From assembly GCA_018675685.1 (NCBI GenBank), contig JABGXP010000002.1:14367-78366 (forward strand): 64,000 nt of DNA, given 5' to 3'. This DNA comes from a bacterium. GTDB taxonomy: Bacteria; Patescibacteriota; Minisyncoccia; Moranbacterales; DUUL01. Each line of letters starts with the position of its first letter. Position 1 is the first letter of the stretch. Positions 58,782 through 64,000 of the stretch are shown here, in pieces. The translations under genes and the position numbers were made by a program. Under the pieces are notes generated by a model. That model was given only the letters and a program-made list of their open reading frames with translations. It was not told the origin of the DNA and ran no database searches.

Positions 58782-58823
58782 AAATCATTTAAAAATCAAG
58801 TTACAGCGATTTTTAAATGATTT
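58782..58823. promoter_or_regulatory. perfect 15-bp inverted repeat (AAATCATTTAAAAAT ... ATTTTTAAATGATTT, 12-nt spacer) upstream of dnaG
   Basis: Read from the sequence. Lies between the small basic ORF start and a possible dnaG promoter (TTGAAG-17-TAACAT at 58842-58870). Confidence 0.45.
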
Positions 58824-58972
58824 TTGTCTAAAAACAGCAACTTGAAGTTTTGAATAAAAAAAGCTAACATTATATAGTTGTCCTAGTAGAATAACTCAGG
58901 GATTAATTGATAAAAAACCAGAACTAGTGTATTTTACAAGTAATAAACAAAGAAAGAAGAATCAAATAGATC

Positions 58973-60754
58973 ATGGATGCAAAGGAACAAGTAAAAGAAA
59001 ATCTCACAGTTGCTGATTTGGTTGGTGAGTATGTTAAGTTGGACAAGGCTGGGATTAACCATAAGGCTTTATGTCCTTTTCATAATGAAAAAACTCCATC
59101 TTTCATGGTGAATACAGAGAGAAATTTTTGGTATTGCTTTGGTTGCCAACGAGGTGGTGACATCTTTTCTTTTTTGATGGAAATCGAGGGACTAGACTTT
59201 CATCAGGCACTAATTCGTTTGGCTGAAAAAACCAATATCGAACTGCCAAAATTTCAAGGAAAGGTCAGCGTTGAAAATCGAACAAAAAAGCAGAAAGCAA
59301 GTGAAATTTTGGAAATTTCGACAAAAGTATACTCAAAGTATTTAAAACATCCCGAAATTGGCAAAGTAATTCGAGAATATCTAAAGAAGCGCAAGATTGA
59401 TAAACAGCTAATCTCGGATTTTCGTATTGGATATGCCCCAAACGAATGGCGGAAGATACTCAAGTACCTTAGAAATAAGGGATATTCAATTACTGAAATT
59501 GCTGATACCGGTCTTTCTGTTCCAAAGGAGAGTGGAGAGGATTATGATAGATTTCGTGATAGGATCATGTTCCCTGTCATCAATGAGACAGGAATTGTTG
59601 TGGGATATTCTGCAAGAGTTGCTCCAGGAGGGGATGAGAAGAGCGCGAAATATATAAATACTCCTCAGTCCCTAGTTTATGATAAAAGTCGTGTCCTTTA
59701 TGGGCTTTATCAGGGTAAAGCGGCAATCCGCAAGGAAGACTCTGTGGTTGTGGTTGAGGGTAATGTAGATGTGATTGCTTCACATTATGCTGAGGTTAAG
59801 AATGTAGTTGCAATTTCAGGAACAGCCCTATCAGTAGAACAGGTTAGGATTTTAAAAAGATATACTCAGAATGTAAAATTATGTTTAGATGCTGATGAGG
59901 CTGGACGAAAGGCGACAAGCAGAAGCATCCAAACGTGCCTACAGGAAGGAATGGAGGTTGAGGTAATTTTATTGCCAAAGGGGATTAAAGATATAGGTGA
60001 CTTGGTTATAGATGAAGCAAAGAATTGGAAAAATATTTCAAAAAAGACCATCCCCGTGATAAAATATTTTTTCGAAGAGTCATTCGCGAAAAACGATTCA
60101 AATGATGTACGGGGTAAGAAAAACATTGCCAAGGAATTATTGAATATCATCAAGGACATCGCTGACCCGATTGAACAAAGTTATTGGATTAAGAAATTAT
60201 CACTCAAAATTGACATTGAAGAGGAAGTGTTGACTAATGTTTTGGAAAAGGTTAGTCTGAAGAAAGATATTGTTGGTTCTTCAAGAATTGAGCAATTAAG
60301 TCAGGAAAATACCACAGAAAGATCGAATAAACCCAAGGGAGCTGTCTTAGAAGAGAGACTTCTGGGTTTGTTTGCTTTATTTTCCGAGGAGTTATCTGGT
60401 GAAGTGAAGATTTTCAATACTGAGTTATTAAGTGAAGAGAATCAAAAAATCTTTCAGAAACTTAAGACGAAGGACGTTGACGACGAATTGAATCAACAGT
60501 TGAATAAGTCAGCTTTGCGCATCAAGTATAGCCACGATAAAGTGCAAGGGTTTATCGAGAATGAAATTGACCCAAAAATAGAATGGAACAACGTTATTTC
60601 CAATCTAGAAACAGAGTCGATTGACAGAAAAATGAACCTGATTAAAAAGGATATTCAAAAAGCTGAAGAGCTTGACGATGATGCTAGTGCTGAAATTTTA
60701 CAACAAGAATGGACAATTTTAGCTGAAAGAAGACAGAAATTGAAAGGTTTCTAG
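58973..60754 (+). CDS. dnaG: DNA primase
   Basis: CHC2 zinc finger CPFHNEKTPSFMVN...YCFGCQRGGD. TOPRIM domain VVVEGNVDV / DAD. 593 aa. Followed by rpoD. Confidence 0.9.
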   Translation: MDAKEQVKENLTVADLVGEYVKLDKAGINHKALCPFHNEKTPSFMVNTERNFWYCFGCQRGGDIFSFLMEIEGLDFHQALIRLAEKTNIELPKFQGKVSVENRTKKQKASEILEISTKVYSKYLKHPEIGKVIREYLKKRKIDKQLISDFRIGYAPNEWRKILKYLRNKGYSITEIADTGLSVPKESGEDYDRFRDRIMFPVINETGIVVGYSARVAPGGDEKSAKYINTPQSLVYDKSRVLYGLYQGKAAIRKEDSVVVVEGNVDVIASHYAEVKNVVAISGTALSVEQVRILKRYTQNVKLCLDADEAGRKATSRSIQTCLQEGMEVEVILLPKGIKDIGDLVIDEAKNWKNISKKTIPVIKYFFEESFAKNDSNDVRGKKNIAKELLNIIKDIADPIEQSYWIKKLSLKIDIEEEVLTNVLEKVSLKKDIVGSSRIEQLSQENTTERSNKPKGAVLEERLLGLFALFSEELSGEVKIFNTELLSEENQKIFQKLKTKDVDDELNQQLNKSALRIKYSHDKVQGFIENEIDPKIEWNNVISNLETESIDRKMNLIKKDIQKAEELDDDASAEILQQEWTILAERRQKLKGF

Positions 60755-60813
60755 GATGGATTCTTTCGGTTGAATCTTAAAAAATATTTTTTACTCTTAA
60801 CTTCCATAGTGAT

Positions 60814-62058
60814 ATGACAAAAAGTGTCAAAGGTGCTGAAAAAACAGCAAAAAAAACAAAGAAAGTTATCAAGAAAGTACCTAGATCAGCCAAGGAAAGA
60901 AAGGCAATGGAAGCTAAAAGAGCCCCATTAAAAAAACTGCCTCAAAAGATGAGAAATGCGAACAAGAACCTAACAGAGGCAGACGTCTTAATTGAAAGAG
61001 GAAGACAAAGAGGTTTTATTACCGAGGATGAAATTTTGCACTCAATGGGGAGTGTTGAGGAAAATCTAGAAGAATTGGAAGTAATTTATGATAAATTGGA
61101 GGATTTAGGGATAAAACTCGTTACATCTGAAGATGTAATTAAGTCTGAGATTGAAAGAGAAACCGATGTAAACCCCAAGGAGAAAAAGAAGAAAGCAGAG
61201 GCAAAACAAAGACAAATGGCTCAAAGCAATTCGTCTGATTCAGTGCAAATGTATTTAAGAGAGATTGGACGAGTGCATCTCTTAAGTGCGGAAGACGAAG
61301 TTTCTTTAGCAAAAAGAATTGAAAAAGGCGATCAATCAGCAAAGAAACGCTTAACAGAAGCAAACCTTCGATTGGTTGTTTCAATTGCCAAAAAATACGT
61401 AGGAAGAAGTCACAACCTTTCGTTTTTAGATTTGATTCAAGAGGGGAACATTGGACTTTTTAGAGCTGTTGAAAAATTTGATTATCGACGTGGATATAAA
61501 TTTTCTACATATGCAACATGGTGGATTCGACAAGCGATTACACGTGCAATTGCTGATCAATCAAGGACGATTAGAATTCCAGTTCATATGGTGGAGACGA
61601 TCAACAAATACATTCAGGTAGTCAGAAGGCTTGTCCAGGAATTGGGCAGAGAGCCGTTGCCGGAAGAAATTGCGACTGAAATGGATATCGAAGTTGATAA
61701 AGTTCGACACATTATGAAAATTTCACAAGATACAGTTTCTTTAGAGTCATCTGTTGGTGATGGTGACAACGAGAGCGTCTTAGGTGATTTCATTGAAGAC
61801 ACAGAATCAATCATGCCGCATCAAGAAGCAGCAAGAACATTACTCAAGAACCATATTAATGAAGTTTTGGAGGATCTTACTCCTCGTGAACAAAAGATTT
61901 TACAAATCCGCTTTGGGTTGGAAGATGGCGTGACTCATACGCTAGAAGAAGTTGGACAAGAATTTGGTGTGACTCGCGAGAGAATTCGTCAAATTGAAGC
62001 AAAGGCGCTGGAGAAGATTAGAGAGCAAAAAGGAATTCAGAAACTTAGAGATTACTAA
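60814..62058 (+). CDS. rpoD: RNA polymerase sigma-70 (primary sigma factor)
   Basis: Region 2.x [27 protein letters not shown]. Region 4.2 [24 protein letters not shown]. 414 aa. Confidence 0.9.
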   Translation: MTKSVKGAEKTAKKTKKVIKKVPRSAKERKAMEAKRAPLKKLPQKMRNANKNLTEADVLIERGRQRGFITEDEILHSMGSVEENLEELEVIYDKLEDLGIKLVTSEDVIKSEIERETDVNPKEKKKKAEAKQRQMAQSNSSDSVQMYLREIGRVHLLSAEDEVSLAKRIEKGDQSAKKRLTEANLRLVVSIAKKYVGRSHNLSFLDLIQEGNIGLFRAVEKFDYRRGYKFSTYATWWIRQAITRAIADQSRTIRIPVHMVETINKYIQVVRRLVQELGREPLPEEIATEMDIEVDKVRHIMKISQDTVSLESSVGDGDNESVLGDFIEDTESIMPHQEAARTLLKNHINEVLEDLTPREQKILQIRFGLEDGVTHTLEEVGQEFGVTRERIRQIEAKALEKIREQKGIQKLRDY

Positions 62059-62086
62059 GTAAAAAATTTGACAACTTTTGAATTTT

Positions 62087-62125
62087 AGTCTCTCGGAATT
62101 TTCACCCCCGAGAGACTTTTTTATT
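62087..62125 (+). terminator. Rho-independent terminator after rpoD
   Basis: AGTCTCTCGG-AATTTTCACCC-CCGAGAGACTTTTTT. A second small hairpin AAAACCCCTTAATAAGGGTTTTTTTC follows at about 62143-62170. Confidence 0.8.
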
Positions 62126-62206
62126 AGTTTTTTTATGTACACCCAAAACCCCTTAATAAGGGTTTTTTTCTTATAGAAAACTCTTTTGATGCGCCTTGAA
62201 AAAGTG

Positions 62207-62235
62207 TTGCCTCGAAAAATAAAAAATGTTATAAT
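62207..62235 (+). promoter_or_regulatory. sigma70 promoter TTGCCT-17nt-TATAAT (extended TGtTATAAT)
   Basis: -35 at 62207-62212, -10 at 62230-62235. Precedes the 62266 gene. Confidence 0.55.
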
Positions 62236-62265
62236 GAGCTTAAGTTAAAGACACCAATTTTTTGT

Positions 62266-62955
62266 ATGGCATTTCAAAAAAAACACAAGGAAAACAAAAC
62301 GTTTTTCAGCGGAGCATTTCGTGCTATTGCTGAGATTTTTGCTATCTTTATTTTTTTAGTTTTTGGAATTTCATTCGCAGAAAATTTTTACAATCGATAT
62401 CAGGAAATTGAGAGTGGTTCAATTACACCTGGAATTAGTTACGCTCGACCGACAAGCCTTAGAACTGTTGTTTTAGGGGATGAAACAGAAGATTCTGTAT
62501 TCGAAGAGCCAGTCTTTAAAAGTGAGAATTATCAGATTAAACAAGTAACTTTTGGTGGAGACATAACAATTCCACTTGATGACGCGCAAAACAGGAGCCT
62601 GGAAATCGAAGATGTAATTAGTGAACTTTTAACAACAAGTGACCAAGAAGACGTTAAGCTTGTTGTTTCTTGGAAAACAAACAAGCCTGCAATATCTACA
62701 ATTGATTACGGAAAAGACTTAAATAGCGCGAAAGAAACGATTGAAGAAAGCAGTTATGGATTTACGCACAGCACTATTTTATCTGGGTTGGATTACTCAT
62801 CAGCATATTCATATACGATTAAAACTAAGGATAGATGGGATAATGAGTTTGATTCAAAGGAATTCGCTTTTTACACAGGAGCACCAAAGGTTTCTTTGAT
62901 AGATTTGCTCTTTGGAGCGTTTGCAGATGTGTTCGGTTGGGCAGTTAAAAAATAG
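62266..62955 (+). CDS. hypothetical membrane-anchored protein (229 aa)
   Basis: N-terminal TM (AIAEIFAIFIFLVFGISF). Possible beta-sandwich (FN3-like) segment VVSWKTNKPAISTIDYG. No catalytic motif. Confidence 0.45.
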   Translation: MAFQKKHKENKTFFSGAFRAIAEIFAIFIFLVFGISFAENFYNRYQEIESGSITPGISYARPTSLRTVVLGDETEDSVFEEPVFKSENYQIKQVTFGGDITIPLDDAQNRSLEIEDVISELLTTSDQEDVKLVVSWKTNKPAISTIDYGKDLNSAKETIEESSYGFTHSTILSGLDYSSAYSYTIKTKDRWDNEFDSKEFAFYTGAPKVSLIDLLFGAFADVFGWAVKK

Positions 62956-63082
62956 ATAAAAATAGATAAATAAGCCTTAAAAACAAATAAAAATGTAATA
63001 CAAAATATCGGAAAAATAAAGCCAAAATGCCATACACGTTTTATAGCCTTCTGATAGTTTTATACAAAAAATTTAAGAATAA

Positions 63083-64000
63083 GTGAAAAAATTCAAAAAT
63101 AAAAACAATTTATTTTCATTCATTGCCTACGCAACGTTTGCTGTTGTGGTTGTTTTGTGTTGTCTTTTCTCATTAATGTCTGAAACAAAAGCTCAGACAA
63201 GCGCAGACTTGGATGTCTCAGCATATCTTCTCAATGCAAATAACGAAGCTATTCCAAACGGAGAATACGAAGTTAGATTTGCACTATACGTGACAGATAG
63301 GGCGTCGATTGACCCTTATCCTTCAGAAACAGACTTTATGATTTGGGAAGAAACCCAAGCGATAACAGTCTATAATGGTCTTTTAAAAGCATATCTTGGA
63401 GAACAAACACCATTGCCTGCTTCAGTTAATTTTGCGACAAGACAATATTATCTAGGGCTTAGAATTGGTGAGGACAGTGAGATGGTGCCAAGAAAAAGAA
63501 TCGCTTCAGTACCACTTGCAAGAAATGCAATCGGCTCCTTTACTGCAAACAATGCTCTTACCTTGAATGGTGCTAGGGCTGGAACTTCCGCTGGAAATAT
63601 CGTAGTACTTGGCTCTGATGGAAAGATAGATTCAAATTTCTTTTCAGTTGAACCAACCGATACTAGCAATTTTGTTGAGGACGATGATGATCGGTTGCAC
63701 GATCAAAATACCGACACAGGAACAAGCGAAAGAACCTTCGTTCTTGGTGATGGTGCGGGGTTGTCAGGTAATTTCGATTTAGCCATTTCTAATACCTCAG
63801 GAATGCCAACACTAAGGTATAATTCTACAACTGCAACTTGGCAACTATCAAATGATGGTTCAAATTTTAGCAATATTAACACAGGAACCTCCGGGAATTT
63901 TCTACCACTGACTGGTGGATCAATGACAGGTAATATTATTTTTGCACCAACACAAACAATTTCAAGTACAATAATCTCGGGAATAATGAGCCCAGCGCAG
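63083..64000 (+). CDS. large secreted/surface protein, partial (runs off the window end), GTG start with signal peptide
   Basis: In-frame ORF from the GTG at 63083 to the window end (306 or more codons) with no stop. N-terminal hydrophobic segment FSFIAYATFAVVVVLCCLFSLMS. T/S/N/G-rich. Not in the ORF track because no stop lies within the window. Confidence 0.45.
   Translation, partial: MKKFKNKNNLFSFIAYATFAVVVVLCCLFSLMSETKAQTSADLDVSAYLLNANNEAIPNGEYEVRFALYVTDRASIDPYPSETDFMIWEETQAITVYNGLLKAYLGEQTPLPASVNFATRQYYLGLRIGEDSEMVPRKRIASVPLARNAIGSFTANNALTLNGARAGTSAGNIVVLGSDGKIDSNFFSVEPTDTSNFVEDDDDRLHDQNTDTGTSERTFVLGDGAGLSGNFDLAISNTSGMPTLRYNSTTATWQLSNDGSNFSNINTGTSGNFLPLTGGSMTGNIIFAPTQTISSTIISGIMSPAQ

Overview
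This is a low-GC (~35%) bacterial window with compact, co-directional genes, small proteins and reduced biosynthetic content. That profile is compatible with a Patescibacteria/CPR-like genome, but this is an inference. ORFs terminate cleanly under the standard code (11). I found no CRISPR array, rRNA, transposase or integrase.

Annotated content, in order:
- 1-3.1 kb: a GldF/GldG-like ABC-2 permease plus its ATPase on the minus strand.
- 3.3-11.6 kb: a secreted/membrane block (DUF4349-like, two membrane proteins, a vWA/MIDAS Cys-rich secreted protein, a PilX_N-like protein) leading into a first pilM-pilN-pilO set.
- 11.7 kb: tRNA-Arg(TCT).
- 11.8-28.5 kb: housekeeping genes (ychF, IMPase, U32 peptidase, rmlA, galU, sugar phosphotransferase, murC, tsaE, two phosphohexomutases, maf, ung) with an RNase P RNA (rnpB, ~19.2-19.6 kb) in the middle.
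- 28.5-35.2 kb: an accessory-like stretch of poorly characterised genes (hypothetical proteins, MBL-fold hydrolase, solitary minimal nucleotidyltransferase, GDPD) ending at tRNA-Ser(GCT).
- 35.4-38.6 kb: comFC-clpC on the minus strand.
- 38.8-52.3 kb: a complete type IV pilus/competence-like locus. It has a second pilMNO, pilB, an orphan CheY-like receiver, pilT, pilC, four canonical pilins, prepilin peptidase pilD and three minor pilins. It also contains a tandem triplet of paralogous secreted Cys-rich proteins, the first fused to a PilX_N-like domain.
- 52.4-64 kb: lemA-htpX, pyruvate kinase, tRNA-Ser(GGA), an HD protein, an ABC exporter, dnaG-rpoD, and a partial large secreted protein running off the window end.

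The most interesting candidates are the two PilX-like plus Cys-rich secreted protein modules associated with the duplicated T4P machinery. Several long perfect palindromes in promoter regions are also notable.
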